Source: Pseudomonadota bacterium
GTDB taxonomy: Bacteria; Pseudomonadota; Alphaproteobacteria; UBA1280; JAAZVW01
NCBI GenBank assembly: GCA_018623135.1
Contig: JAAZVW010000006.1
Location: 21,838 to 53,837 of the forward strand
Length of the DNA stretch: 32,000 nt
Direction: 5' to 3'
The notes under the pieces are model-generated. The model saw only the letters and a list, made by a program, of their open reading frames with translations. It did not search any database and was not told where the DNA came from. Shown here in pieces: positions 7,838-17,432 of the stretch (position 1 is the first letter of the stretch; every line of letters begins with the position of its first letter). The position numbers and the translations under genes are program-made.

Positions 7838-8365
7838 ATGCATAAATTACCACCTAAAAAAGAAGGCTATTTGTGTATAGGGGTTGTCGTTGGTGCCCAC
7901 GGTATTAAGGGTGAGGTTAAAATTAAACCTTTTATCAACGATATTAACGGCTTTGTAACCTATGCTGTGCCCGAAACATATGAGGGCACAGCTTATCTGG
8001 TTAAAGAAGTCAGGCAAGGGCCAAAAGGTATTGTGCTCGCTAAGGTTAAGGCTGCGACCACGCGAACAGAAGCTGAAGCCCAAAAGGGTATTGCTTTATA
8101 CCTACAGGTTGATCAGTTACCGGAATTAGAAACTGATGAATATTACTTTGCCCAACTTGAAGGGCTTGATGTTGTTAAAGAAGACGGTTCCTCGTTTGGG
8201 AAACTCCTCTACGTCTTCGATAACGGCGCACATCCAGTGTTAAACATCCGCACAGGTCGTAAAGAGGTTTGCTTGCCTTTTACTGAGGATGTTGTCTTAA
8301 GTGTAGATCTAGATACAAAAAAAATGGTTGTTTCTGAAATGGCAGATGCCTTTTTGGATATTTAG
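7838..8365 (+). CDS. rimM: Ribosome maturation factor RimM
   Basis: GVVVGAHGIKGEVKIKPF is the N-terminal RimM signature. The C-terminal half is PRC-barrel-like. The gene sits in the conserved position between rpsP and trmD. Confidence 0.9.
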   Translation: MHKLPPKKEGYLCIGVVVGAHGIKGEVKIKPFINDINGFVTYAVPETYEGTAYLVKEVRQGPKGIVLAKVKAATTRTEAEAQKGIALYLQVDQLPELETDEYYFAQLEGLDVVKEDGSSFGKLLYVFDNGAHPVLNIRTGRKEVCLPFTEDVVLSVDLDTKKMVVSEMADAFLDI

Positions 8366-8410
8366 CGAATCACCTTGCGCTTTTTTTTAAGCTAGATTAC
8401 TCTTCTTTTT

Positions 8411-9103
8411 ATGATGAAATTTACAATAGTTACTCTGTTTCCAGATCTTTTTCCGGGGGCTTTGGCTCATTCTATTACAGGCCGTGCTTTACAAGATGGC
8501 TTGTGGTCTCTTGATACTGTGCATATTCGTGATTTTGGTTTGGGTAAGCACCAAAGTGTGGATGATTATCCTTACGGTGGTGGAGCAGGTCAGCTTATGC
8601 GTCCTGATGTTGTGGCAGCAGCTATTGATGCAGCTAAGCAAAAAAATCCTCAGGCAAAAGTTATCTATATGAGCCCCTGTGGTAGCCCGTTAACAACAAA
8701 AAAAGCCCAAGAACTTTCTCAAGAATCTGGTCTTATTCTTCTATGTGGTCACTATGAAGGTATAGATGCGCGTGTGATTAAAAGCCATGTAGATGAAGAG
8801 CTTTCTATTGGTGATTATATTTTAACAGGTGGTGAGGTTGCTGTTCCTGTTGTTGTGGATGCTGTTTTAAGGCATGTACCAGGTGTATTGGGTAATGCAG
8901 AAACCTTGCATGAGGAATCTTTTGATGATGGGTTGTTGGAATATCCGCAGTACACAAGGCCTGCTCAATGGCAAGGAAAAGAAGTGCCAGCAGTGCTCCT
9001 TTCAGGCAATCATCAAAAAATTGCACAATGGCGCAAAGAGCAATCTTTAGAGCGTACAAAATTACGCAGGCCAGATTTATGGCAAAAAATAGAAAATTCT
9101 TAA
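8411..9103 (+). CDS. trmD: tRNA (guanine37-N1)-methyltransferase TrmD
   Basis: FTIVTLFPDLFPG, DDYPYGGGAGQLMRPD, LLCGHYEGIDARV and SIGDYILTGGE are present. Confidence 0.95.
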   Translation: MMKFTIVTLFPDLFPGALAHSITGRALQDGLWSLDTVHIRDFGLGKHQSVDDYPYGGGAGQLMRPDVVAAAIDAAKQKNPQAKVIYMSPCGSPLTTKKAQELSQESGLILLCGHYEGIDARVIKSHVDEELSIGDYILTGGEVAVPVVVDAVLRHVPGVLGNAETLHEESFDDGLLEYPQYTRPAQWQGKEVPAVLLSGNHQKIAQWRKEQSLERTKLRRPDLWQKIENS

Positions 9104-9111
9104 ATAAATTC

Positions 9112-9140
9112 TTGCTTTAGCCTTGTTTTTTTAGTATACA
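9112..9140 (+). promoter_or_regulatory. Candidate internal promoter upstream of rplS
   Basis: TTGCTT, 17 nt, TATACA within the 140-nt trmD-rplS spacer. Sequence match only. Confidence 0.3.
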
Positions 9141-9243
9141 GACAACACTTGTGAATACAGGTATGTTTTCTGCCTCTGCTGGCTTACATAGGGTAAGGAC
9201 AGGGCAAGCAGGGAAAATTTATTAAATTATAGGTATTAAGACA

Positions 9244-9594
9244 ATGAATATTATTCAACAACTTAACCAAGAAACAATTCAAAGCCTAGGCAAAAACATT
9301 CCAGAATTCGGTGCTGGTGATACTCTACGTGTACACGTAAAAGTAAAAGAAGGTAACCGTGAACGTATTCAGGTTTTTGAAGGCGTATGCATTGCACGTA
9401 AAAATGCAGATGTAAACTCTAACTTTACTGTACGTAAACTTTCATTTGGTGAAGGTGTAGAGCGTGTATTCCCTCTATACTCTCCAATTGTTGACCAAAT
9501 CGAAGTTGTGCGCCGTGGTGCTGTTCGCCGTGCGAAACTTTACTACTTACGTAACCTACGCGGTAAAGCTGCTCGTATTAAAGAAAAAGCATAA
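9244..9594 (+). CDS. rplS: 50S ribosomal protein L19
   Basis: [36 protein letters not shown]...[10 protein letters not shown] is canonical L19. Confidence 0.95.
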   Translation: MNIIQQLNQETIQSLGKNIPEFGAGDTLRVHVKVKEGNRERIQVFEGVCIARKNADVNSNFTVRKLSFGEGVERVFPLYSPIVDQIEVVRRGAVRRAKLYYLRNLRGKAARIKEKA

Positions 9595-9652
9595 TTTAAA
9601 TTTGATGCCAAGTTTAAATGCTTACTTTTTACGAAGTATAAAAAATTAAAAA

Positions 9653-9680
9653 ATAAGTGGTTTAGGCCACTTATTTTTTT
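9653..9680 (+). terminator. Rho-independent terminator of the rpsP-rplS operon
   Basis: ATAAGTGG-tttagg-CCACTTAT followed by TTTTTT. Confidence 0.8.
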
Positions 9681-9744
9681 ATCTCTTAAGCTTAGTGTGC
9701 TAAGCTTATTAATATAATCTCAAGTCGTTAAGAAAGGTTTATTT

Positions 9745-10383
9745 ATGGCTGAAAAATTAGCTTTGTTCCCTATTGGTGCTGTTCTTATGCCAGGTGGAGA
9801 GCTTATGTTGCGTTTGCACGAGCCTGCTTATTTAAACCTTGCTCGCCAAATGGTTCAAGAAAACAAGGCTGTCGGCTTTGTGTATTCCGATGATGAAGAT
9901 GAGCTAAGCAACATCGCAAGTATTGGCAGTATTGGTATACCTGTGGAACTGACAGAGTTTGAAGATGAAACAGCAATGATGCGTATCCGCGGTCTTGAAC
10001 GTTTTGAAATTACAAAAGTAGATGAGAATAATGATATTCTAAAGGCGCAAGTGCGCTATTTTGAAGATCAGGACATTAATGTCGATTACACTGTTTTAGT
10101 CAATACAGTGCAAGAAATGTTGGTAAATTATCAGCAAATTGTTGCAGATGTTGACCCTGATATGTTGCATCCAGGGCCGGTTGAACCTTCTTCTTATGAA
10201 TTTTCTTTTCAGGTACTAGATCAAATTTCTGTAACAGAAGAAGTGCGTTATGAGGCGATGCGTATGACTGAGCAAAAGAAACGTTTGGAGTATTGCCGAG
10301 ATTTGCTCCGTAAAGAAATTAGTACTCTAAAATTCTTAATGGATGAAGATATGGAAGAAGATTCCATCCATATGGTGAATTAA
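9745..10383 (+). CDS. LON protease N-terminal (substrate-binding, PUA-like) domain protein
   Basis: LALFPIGAVLMPGGELMLRLHEPAYLNL matches the LPLFPL..V.FPG..L.L.IFEPRY signature of stand-alone Lon-N domain proteins of about 210 aa. Confidence 0.8.
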   Translation: MAEKLALFPIGAVLMPGGELMLRLHEPAYLNLARQMVQENKAVGFVYSDDEDELSNIASIGSIGIPVELTEFEDETAMMRIRGLERFEITKVDENNDILKAQVRYFEDQDINVDYTVLVNTVQEMLVNYQQIVADVDPDMLHPGPVEPSSYEFSFQVLDQISVTEEVRYEAMRMTEQKKRLEYCRDLLRKEISTLKFLMDEDMEEDSIHMVN

Positions 10384-10386
10384 AAA

Positions 10387-11274
10387 ATGGCAGAATCAGC
10401 AACAGCATTACAAGCATTCATGCAAGATTTGCAAGCTTATGGGGTGACAGACCTTGTAGGTGAGGAATTGTTTGTGTCAGTTGCTGACCAGCTTGTCTCT
10501 TTTGAGGCGTCATCTTCTGTCCAAGCTTCTAAGCCACGACAAAAACCTAAAGAGGTAGAAGTTTTTGCAACACCAGATTTGCCAGTGGCAGAGCAGGGTA
10601 ATGCATTGCCTGTCTCACCAATGGTGGGTGCAGATGACGTTGTAGAGCCTCCTAAAACGGAAATTAAAGGTGCGGCAACGAATGCTCAAGAAGTGGCAGA
10701 TCAACTTGCACGTTTAAAATCAACGCTTTCAACAAAAACACCAGAGCTGAAAAAGGAAGTTGTTGTTGATGAGGCACAATTGCAAAAAGCCTTTAAGTTT
10801 TTTGAAGGAGAGCCGAAAGCGGATGTGCTTGTGATTGATTTTGTGGATTATAACTTCCCTAAAGGTAAGCTGATACCAGACCCAGAGCAGTGGGCGCTTT
10901 TACAAAACATTGCTAAGGCTGCTCAATGGGATATTGAAAAATCGCATATGTTGTTTGTCTCTCGTCAAAAAGAAGATGGTAGCTTTTATGCGCTTTCAGA
11001 GGAAAAGCTGCTTTCTCAACTGCTGCATCAAACGTTAAACACTGTGGAAAAATCTCAGTTGTTTGCATTCGGGCAACAGAGTCTCAAATTACTTTCAACT
11101 ACCCCTTCTGGGGATGAAAAATCACTTCAATCCACTAAAGAAGGCGCAGAGGCTCAAGTTATTGCATTGCCTGCATTGTTGTCTATGGTAAAACAACCTC
11201 TTTTAAAGAAAAATGCGTGGTTTAAAATCTTGTCAGCAATGCAAAAAAACACTAATATCAGCACATCAAACTAA
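10387..11274 (+). CDS. N-terminally extended uracil-DNA-glycosylase-superfamily-like protein, apparently catalytically degenerate
   Basis: The N-terminus ALQAFMQDLQAYGVTDLVGEE resembles the leader of long alphaproteobacterial family-4-like UDGs. The C-terminal half is colinear with the UDG fold: ADVLVIDFVDY...GKLIPDPEQWALLQNIAKA, then QLFAFGQQSLKLL, then VIALPALLSMVKQPLLKKNAW. The GEAPG and HPS motifs are absent. This is a manual alignment only. Confidence 0.45.
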   Translation: MAESATALQAFMQDLQAYGVTDLVGEELFVSVADQLVSFEASSSVQASKPRQKPKEVEVFATPDLPVAEQGNALPVSPMVGADDVVEPPKTEIKGAATNAQEVADQLARLKSTLSTKTPELKKEVVVDEAQLQKAFKFFEGEPKADVLVIDFVDYNFPKGKLIPDPEQWALLQNIAKAAQWDIEKSHMLFVSRQKEDGSFYALSEEKLLSQLLHQTLNTVEKSQLFAFGQQSLKLLSTTPSGDEKSLQSTKEGAEAQVIALPALLSMVKQPLLKKNAWFKILSAMQKNTNISTSN

Positions 11275-11292
11275 AAGAGATATTTAAGGATT

Positions 11293-13086
11293 GTGGCAAT
11301 TATGCGTAACTTCTATTTGGCTTTAGCTTCTGTTTTTGCAGTAACTTGTGCAGATTATGCACAGGCAGCCCCTAAAGTAGAGCAAATTCCAACAGAAACT
11401 GTTAAGCCAGAAGTGTTAACAAGCTTAGAAGATATAGCTGTGCTTGCGCCAAAAGATGTGCGTGTTTATAAGCGTTTATTCAAATACCAGCGTCGTTTGC
11501 AGCGTGATAAAGTTGTTGCAAATTTAAAATACCTTAATGATAAAGTGCTTTATGGCCATCTTGTGGCGGAGCGTTTAATGCACCCACGTACCCGCGCAAG
11601 TTATGAAGATTTGACGCTTTGGTTGAGTCGTTATAATGATCATCATCAAGCAAAAACACTTTATAAACTTGCTAAAAAGCGTAAGCCAAGGTCTTCAGCT
11701 GCACCGGTCAAACCAAAGCAATCTACAAAGTCTATGGCTCGTTATTCAGACCCCGATGCAAGGCCTAAGTCATCTAAACCAAAACTGTCAAAATCTCAAG
11801 CACGTACTAAAAAATATACGTTACGCCGTTTAAAACGTTATCGTTTACGTGGTGAATTTACACGTGCAGAAACAATTCTGAATAAAGAAAAAACATTGCG
11901 TTTATTTGGTGAGGAATTATACGCCTCTGTTAGTTTAAAACTTGCACGTACTATGTTAAATGAAGGCGCTCTTGCAGGTGCACAACGTGTTGCGATTAAT
12001 GCGGTACAAAAATCAGTTCTACCTCAGCCAGAAGGGTTGTGGATTGCAGGTTTCGCTTCTTACCGATTAAAAGATTTTGAAGAATCTGCCAAAACACTTC
12101 GCAAACTTACCTTTACGGTTGATCCAAATTCTAAGTATTATGCCAAAGCTGCTTGGTGGGCGCACCGTGCTTACGAGCAAATTGAGCGTAACTCAATGTC
12201 TAATGTGTTCTTAAAAATGGCAGCGCAAGACCCAGCCTCTTTCTATGGTCAACTGGCTACAGCTAAAATGGGTCAGAGCCAGCAATTTTCTTGGGATTGG
12301 CCAGAACTTAAAAAATCAGACTTTGAGGTGCTGAAAAAAGACCCTGGCATTCGTCGTGCTATTGCTCTAGCGCAAATGGGTGAAAAAGATTTAGCTCAAA
12401 AAGAATTCCGCCATGTGTATCCAAATGTGCCTTATGATATGGATGATGCGCTTTTGGCTTTGGCGCTTATGTTAGACCTTCCAAACACGGCTATGGTGCT
12501 TTCATTTAACCTAAAAGAGCGTGAAGATATTTATATGGCAGGTTTGTATCCTGTTTCAAATACGTGGAAGCCGCGTGATGGTTTTAAAATGGATAAGGCC
12601 TTAATGAACGCCATTATTCGTCAAGAAAGTGCTTTTAAACCTTCTGTGCGCTCTCGTGCTGGTGCGCGTGGTCTTATGCAGGTTATGCCTCAAACAGCCC
12701 GCTATATTAGGCATAAACAAGGTAAACGTATGTATTCTAAAGCGTGGATGACACGCCCTGATGTGAACCTGAGCCTAGGTCAATTTTATATTAATTATTT
12801 ATCAGAAGAATTTGATAATAATATTGTGCATATGATTGCGGCATATAATGGTGGCCCTGGTAATGCCCGTAAGTGGATTCGTGCGATGCCAGAAGATGTT
12901 GATCCAATGCTGTTTATTGAAAGCATCCCATTTGTAGAAACACGAAATTATGTGATTAAGGTTGTTTCTAATCTATGGATCTATCGTCATCGTTTATATG
13001 GTGAAGCGCCAAGCTTACAAGCCATGGCATTTGGTCAGTGGCCAACGCAGGTGGCGATGAATAAAGCACCTAAAACAACATTCTAA
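11293..13086 (+). CDS. slt: Soluble lytic murein transglycosylase (Slt70-like)
   Basis: There is a signal peptide (MRNFYLALASVFAVTCADYAQA), a long helical superhelix-like region, and a C-terminal SLT domain with IIRQESAFKPSVRSRAGARGLMQVMPQTA and AAYNGGPGN. The start is GTG 11293 or ATG 11302. Confidence 0.85.
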   Translation: MAIMRNFYLALASVFAVTCADYAQAAPKVEQIPTETVKPEVLTSLEDIAVLAPKDVRVYKRLFKYQRRLQRDKVVANLKYLNDKVLYGHLVAERLMHPRTRASYEDLTLWLSRYNDHHQAKTLYKLAKKRKPRSSAAPVKPKQSTKSMARYSDPDARPKSSKPKLSKSQARTKKYTLRRLKRYRLRGEFTRAETILNKEKTLRLFGEELYASVSLKLARTMLNEGALAGAQRVAINAVQKSVLPQPEGLWIAGFASYRLKDFEESAKTLRKLTFTVDPNSKYYAKAAWWAHRAYEQIERNSMSNVFLKMAAQDPASFYGQLATAKMGQSQQFSWDWPELKKSDFEVLKKDPGIRRAIALAQMGEKDLAQKEFRHVYPNVPYDMDDALLALALMLDLPNTAMVLSFNLKEREDIYMAGLYPVSNTWKPRDGFKMDKALMNAIIRQESAFKPSVRSRAGARGLMQVMPQTARYIRHKQGKRMYSKAWMTRPDVNLSLGQFYINYLSEEFDNNIVHMIAAYNGGPGNARKWIRAMPEDVDPMLFIESIPFVETRNYVIKVVSNLWIYRHRLYGEAPSLQAMAFGQWPTQVAMNKAPKTTF

Positions 13087-13096
13087 ATGGTTTAAT

Positions 13097-13705
13097 TTGA
13101 TGTTGGATTATTCTTACGAACAGCAAAAGATTTCAGAAGGCTATGCGGTTATTGCTGGCGTAGATGAGGTTGGTCGCGGCCCTTGGGCTGGGCCTGTTGT
13201 TGCAGCAGCTTGTATTTTAGATTACGATAAATTGCCTGCTGAAGTTCGGGATTCTAAAAAACTTTCAGCGAAAAAGAGAGAAGCTCTTGCGCCGCTTATT
13301 GAAGAACATATGCAAGTGGCATTAGGTGAGGCTTCCGCTGAAGAAATAGATACACATAATATCTTACAAGCAACTTTTATGGCAATGAGCAGAGCTGTAG
13401 ATAATTTGCCTCAAAAGCCAGACTTTTTATTTATTGATGGTAATAAAATTCCGCCTCAAATAGATATTCCTGCTGAAACAGTGATAAAAGGTGATGATAA
13501 GGTTGCCTCTATTGCTTGTGCATCTATTGTTGCAAAAGTCTATCGTGATAAGCTTATGGCAAAACTAGCTGAAATCTACCCAGAGTATGCTTGGGAAAAA
13601 AATGCAGGTTATGGTACAAAAGCGCACCAACAGGGGTTGGCAGAGTATGGTGTTACAGAACACCATAGAAAATCATTTAAGCCAATTGCGGCTCTTATGG
13701 CATAA
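13097..13705 (+). CDS. rnhB: Ribonuclease HII
   Basis: IAGVDEVGRGPWAGPVVAAA, FIDGNK, ASIVAKVYRD and GYGT are present. Confidence 0.93.
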   Translation: MMLDYSYEQQKISEGYAVIAGVDEVGRGPWAGPVVAAACILDYDKLPAEVRDSKKLSAKKREALAPLIEEHMQVALGEASAEEIDTHNILQATFMAMSRAVDNLPQKPDFLFIDGNKIPPQIDIPAETVIKGDDKVASIACASIVAKVYRDKLMAKLAEIYPEYAWEKNAGYGTKAHQQGLAEYGVTEHHRKSFKPIAALMA

Positions 13706-13736
13706 AAAAGGCCTGCATAACATGCAGGTCTTTTTT
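13704..13736. terminator. Bidirectional rho-independent terminator (rnhB / ORF 13745..14104)
   Basis: AAAAAA-GGCCTGCAT-aac-ATGCAGGTC-TTTTTT. Confidence 0.8.
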
Positions 13737-13744
13737 ATGCGTCA

Positions 13745-14104
13745 TTAAAGTCTTTTAATGATTATTTTAGTAAAGTAATTTGTGTAGATTTTTTCAAAAC
13801 TCAAGTAGGCAGAAAGTAAAACCCAAGCTGAAAATGCAAAAGCTTTTTGTACCCGAATTTCTTCTATAAGTTCGAGTGCAATAAGTTGCTGATGTATTGC
13901 CAGTAGGCTGCTAATAACGCCTAAGGAAAAGATTGTGCAAACAGCAGTGCCCAAATCTTCGGCGCTATGGTTGGCGCTGTGTTCGTTGTTGTGTGAATAT
14001 AAAAAAGTATGTTGTAGTTTGTGAGCTGGTAGTATTTGTGGTGCAATATATGCGAGAAAGCTAAAGCCTAAGCAAAAGAGACTTAAGTATGTAAATAAAG
14101 TCAT
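13745..14104 (-). CDS. Hypothetical small membrane protein (about 3 TM helices)
   Basis: 119-aa ORF with hydrophobic segments (LFTYLSLFCLGFSFLAYIA, AVCTIFSLGVISSLLAI, FAFSAWVLLSAYLSF) and a His-rich loop (HNNEHSANHSAED). It lies downstream of mutY on the same strand. Confidence 0.5.
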   Translation of the reverse strand: MTLFTYLSLFCLGFSFLAYIAPQILPAHKLQHTFLYSHNNEHSANHSAEDLGTAVCTIFSLGVISSLLAIHQQLIALELIEEIRVQKAFAFSAWVLLSAYLSFEKIYTNYFTKIIIKRL

Positions 14105-14165
14105 AAAGACTCCGTAAAAGTAAAATTAAAGTATTTTAGGGGGCTAAAATCCTATAATTTTGTAT

Positions 14166-15206
14166 TTAATGCAAGTTGTTTTTGAGTAGGGTTAATGCTT
14201 TTTTCATCAGAGTTGGTATCGGCTTGTTTTCATAGTCCCATGGCATTGTGTCAGCAAGCTTAATATGTTTCACATCAAATGTTAGTTTAAAATGTGTAAA
14301 TACATGGCTGTATGTGCCTATATCTGCCGCTTCATGGTCATATAGTAGCTGCTCTAGTTCCTCAGGTAACTGCTCTTGTTCCCAGCCTGTGCTCGGGAAT
14401 TGCCACAAATTAGCGAGTAGGCCTTTTTCGGGGCGTTTTTCTTTGTATAAATTCCCCTGAGCATCCTCAAAAATATATAAAATACCTGTTTTATGGGGTT
14501 TGGCTTTTTTAGGCTTTTTTTTAGGGTAGTCAAGCATATCGCCTTCTTTGTAGGCTTGGCAAAAGCCAGAAACAGGGCAAACGTCGCATTTAGGGGATTT
14601 AGGGGTGCAGATGGTTGCGCCTAAGTCCATAATCGCCTGCGCATAGTGGTCAGGAGTGCTTGAGGAGGTAAGTGCTTGCGCTCTTTCTTTTATAAGAGGC
14701 CGTGATTTAGGAAGCTTCTCTTCAATGCGGTATAGGCGGCTTATAATACGCTCTACATTTCCATCTACAACGGTTGCAGGTTCTTTAAAGGCAATGGCGG
14801 CAATGGCTGCGGCTGTATAAGGGCCAATGCCTGGTAAGGTTAACAGTTCTTTTTCTGTATTTGGGAAAACGCCTCCACGTTCACATACAATATTCTGAGC
14901 ACATTTGTGTAGATTGCGTGCACGGCTGTAGTAGCCTAAGCCTTGCCAAAGGTGCAGAACATCCTCTTCATCTGCGGCAGCTAAATCTTGAATTTTAGGG
15001 AATTTTTCTAAAAATCTCGCATAGTAATCTTTAACGGTGGCAACGGTCGTTTGCTGAAGCATAATTTCTGCCAGCCAAACAGGGTAGGGGGCAATGTTTT
15101 CACGCCATGGTAAAAAACGTCCCTTTAGATGATACCATTCTAAAAGTTGTATTGAAAATAGGTTGAGATTTTTACTAGTTTCATTCATAATGCATATATC
15201 TAACAT
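14166..15206 (-). CDS. mutY: A/G-specific adenine DNA glycosylase MutY
   Basis: PYPVWLAEIMLQQTTVATV is present, along with an HhH-GPD region (LPGIGPYTAAAIAAIAF) and a 4Fe-4S cluster loop (CTPKSPKCDVCPVSGFC). The C-terminal domain is NUDIX-like. The start may be ATG 15206 or 15188. Confidence 0.93.
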   Translation of the reverse strand: MLDICIMNETSKNLNLFSIQLLEWYHLKGRFLPWRENIAPYPVWLAEIMLQQTTVATVKDYYARFLEKFPKIQDLAAADEEDVLHLWQGLGYYSRARNLHKCAQNIVCERGGVFPNTEKELLTLPGIGPYTAAAIAAIAFKEPATVVDGNVERIISRLYRIEEKLPKSRPLIKERAQALTSSSTPDHYAQAIMDLGATICTPKSPKCDVCPVSGFCQAYKEGDMLDYPKKKPKKAKPHKTGILYIFEDAQGNLYKEKRPEKGLLANLWQFPSTGWEQEQLPEELEQLLYDHEAADIGTYSHVFTHFKLTFDVKHIKLADTMPWDYENKPIPTLMKKALTLLKNNLH

Positions 15207-15235
15207 GTAAATACTTTAAAGTAAACGGTGGGGTT

Positions 15236-15676
15236 ATGGCGCGTCTATTAGCACAAAATATCCAAAAACTCATGAAACCAATGGCTCTTAAGCAGGGCTT
15301 TGCTGAGGTGCAGTTATTAAGCAATTGGCGTTCTATTATTGGTGACCAAGCTTACCCTTATGTTGGCTTAAAGTCTTTAAAAAACAAAAAATTGTTGCTA
15401 GAGGTTTCCGATAGTGCATGGGCGCAAGAGGTGCGTTATATGAGCAGCTTTTTGGCTGAAAAAGTAAATGCTTATTTTGGTTATAAAGCAGTAGAGCGTA
15501 TTCAGGTGGTTCAATCAGGCTTTAAGCCAAAGTATGAAGCCCCTTTGCCGAAGGAAAATAAGCCGACAGAACGTTCAATATATGAGGCAGAAAAATATAC
15601 CTGCATTGTAAAAGACCCTGTGCTTAAACAACGTTTGCAAAATTTCGGCGCCTTGTTACACTTAGACCAGAATTAA
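15236..15676 (+). CDS. dciA: DUF721 / DciA-family protein
   Basis: LLSNWRSIIGDQAYPYVGLKSLKNKKLLLEVSDSAWAQEVRYMSSFLAEKVNAYFGYKAVERIQVVQ fits the DUF721 pattern (W..I.G......P..L....L.V.V.....A.E.......L...N...G). Its position divergent from mutY is common in alphaproteobacteria. Confidence 0.7.
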   Translation: MARLLAQNIQKLMKPMALKQGFAEVQLLSNWRSIIGDQAYPYVGLKSLKNKKLLLEVSDSAWAQEVRYMSSFLAEKVNAYFGYKAVERIQVVQSGFKPKYEAPLPKENKPTERSIYEAEKYTCIVKDPVLKQRLQNFGALLHLDQN

Positions 15677-15722
15677 ATAATCAATCGCTTTAACGATAAA
15701 AAGAATAAGGTAATCTTAAAAA

Positions 15723-16313
15723 ATGAAAAAAATTGCATTGTTTACATTTTTAATGTCGCTTGTTGCGCTTACAGCTCAGGCCGCTAAACTTGAACTTACA
15801 GAACATGATGTTGTTGTGGGCGATAAAGATGCTGATGTTCTTGTTGTTGAATATGCATCTATGACATGCGGTCACTGTGCGAACTTCCATAAAGATGTTT
15901 ACCCAAAATTAAAAGAAGAGTACATCGATACAGGTAAAGTTGCTTTTGTTTTTAGGCATATGCCATGGGGGAATTTAGCCTTGGCTGTTTCTAAGATTAC
16001 GGAATGTGCAGGTGAACAAAGTCGTGATAAATTTGTCTCTGCTTTCTTTAATACACAAAATGATTGGTTACGCAGTAAAGATCCACTTGCCTCAATCGCC
16101 CAAATTGCTAAATTAGGTGGTATGGATAAAGGTCAAGTAGATACATGTCTGCTAAATGCAGAGCTACATGAGCGTATTATTAAGCAAAAAGAACATGGTA
16201 TGGGGCAACTTGCAATCGAATCTACACCAACGGTCTTTATTAATGATGAGCGTATCGTGGGCACAAGGTCATACGAAACATATAAAAAGATGATTGAAGA
16301 AAAGCTTAAATAA
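15723..16313 (+). CDS. dsbA: Periplasmic DsbA-family thiol:disulfide oxidoreductase (CGHC)
   Basis: A signal peptide is present (MKKIALFTFLMSLVALTAQA). GDKDADVLVVEYASMTCGHCANFH carries the CxxC active site. The cis-Pro loop is ESTPTVFIND. Confidence 0.85.
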   Translation: MKKIALFTFLMSLVALTAQAAKLELTEHDVVVGDKDADVLVVEYASMTCGHCANFHKDVYPKLKEEYIDTGKVAFVFRHMPWGNLALAVSKITECAGEQSRDKFVSAFFNTQNDWLRSKDPLASIAQIAKLGGMDKGQVDTCLLNAELHERIIKQKEHGMGQLAIESTPTVFINDERIVGTRSYETYKKMIEEKLK

Positions 16314-16588
16314 TGAGTTTAAAAAAAGAAGGTCCAGACCCTAAAGATTGGTCTGGCTATACAGTAGGTTTAAACTTTGGCATGTCGGCAATTGTTGGCA
16401 TGCTCTTTGGTTTATGGGCGGATTCTGCTTTTGGTACAAAGCCATGGGGTGTGCTTATTGGTCTGTTTATGGGTATGGTTGCAGGCTTTAGAGTTATGTG
16501 GCAAGCAACCATGAGTAATACAGAAGAGTTAGGCGAAAAAAACCAAACCGAGAATGAAGCAAAAAAAACAGACAAAACTGATGTTTAA
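16313..16588 (+). CDS. atpI: AtpI/AtpZ-like small membrane protein of the F0 operon (ATPase_gene1 family)
   Basis: 91 aa with two TM helices. GLNFGMSAIVGMLFGLWADSAFGTKPWGVLIGLFMGMVAGF matches the G.W.D...gT.PW family pattern. The start overlaps the dsbA stop (TAATG), and the gene lies directly upstream of atpB. Confidence 0.7.
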   Translation: MSLKKEGPDPKDWSGYTVGLNFGMSAIVGMLFGLWADSAFGTKPWGVLIGLFMGMVAGFRVMWQATMSNTEELGEKNQTENEAKKTDKTDV

Positions 16589-16657
16589 AGGCTTGCATAT
16601 AAAGTAAAAATACAGTATCTTGCGCTTGCATAAAAAATCTTAAGGGATAAAAACAAT

Positions 16658-17383
16658 ATGTCATTAGATCCGTTGCATCAATTTGAGATCCATAAGGTCT
16701 ACGATCTTTCACTTATGGGTTACGATATTTCTCTAACAAACCAGTCTATTTGGATGTTGGGTACATCTTTAGTGCTTTGCCTTCTTATGATGGTGGGTTC
16801 GCTTAAAACAGCAAAAGTACCTAGCCGTATGCAGGGTTTTGTTGAAGTGACGATTGATTTTATTCAATCAATGGTAAAAGATACCGCAGGTAAAGAAGGT
16901 CTTAAACTTTTGCCTTTTGTTGCAACAGTATTTTTGTTTATTGCAGCACTTAACCTTGTTGGTATGATTCCAGGCTCATTTACATCTACATCAAGCCTAT
17001 ACATTAATGGCGCACTTGCTCTTACGGTATTTGTTCTTGTTTGGATTATTGGTCTATTTAAGCATGGCTTTAAATTCTTTGGTATGTTCTGCCCAGCGGG
17101 TACGCCAATTTTAATGATGCCACTTATTGTACCTCTTGAAATTATTTCATTCTTTGCACGCCCAGCAACGCTTACTGTACGTTTGGCAGCTAATATGGTT
17201 GCAGGCCACGTGCTACTTAAAATTTTCGCATTCTTTTGTATTGCGATGGGCGCATTTTTTGCAGTTCCGTTTATCCCGCTACTTGCGATTACGGCACTGG
17301 AAATTTTTGTAGCTCTATTGCAAGCTTATATCTTTACGATATTGACTTGCGTCTACTTAAACGATGCCTTGCATCTGCACTAG
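16658..17383 (+). CDS. atpB: F0F1 ATP synthase subunit a
   Basis: 241 aa and polytopic. The essential-Arg region is LTVRLAANMVAGH, and the C-terminus reads LQAYIFTILTCVYLNDA. Confidence 0.95.
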   Translation: MSLDPLHQFEIHKVYDLSLMGYDISLTNQSIWMLGTSLVLCLLMMVGSLKTAKVPSRMQGFVEVTIDFIQSMVKDTAGKEGLKLLPFVATVFLFIAALNLVGMIPGSFTSTSSLYINGALALTVFVLVWIIGLFKHGFKFFGMFCPAGTPILMMPLIVPLEIISFFARPATLTVRLAANMVAGHVLLKIFAFFCIAMGAFFAVPFIPLLAITALEIFVALLQAYIFTILTCVYLNDALHLH

Positions 17384-17432
17384 ATCTAAGGTAAAACTAG
17401 TTAAACTTTAAATAAATAAGGATAAGCATAAT

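Noticed and set aside
7652-7843. Minus-strand 63-aa Ala/Ser-rich ORF
   Set aside because: It is an antisense reading of the GCN-rich Ala/Glu tail of rpsP, a compositional artefact.
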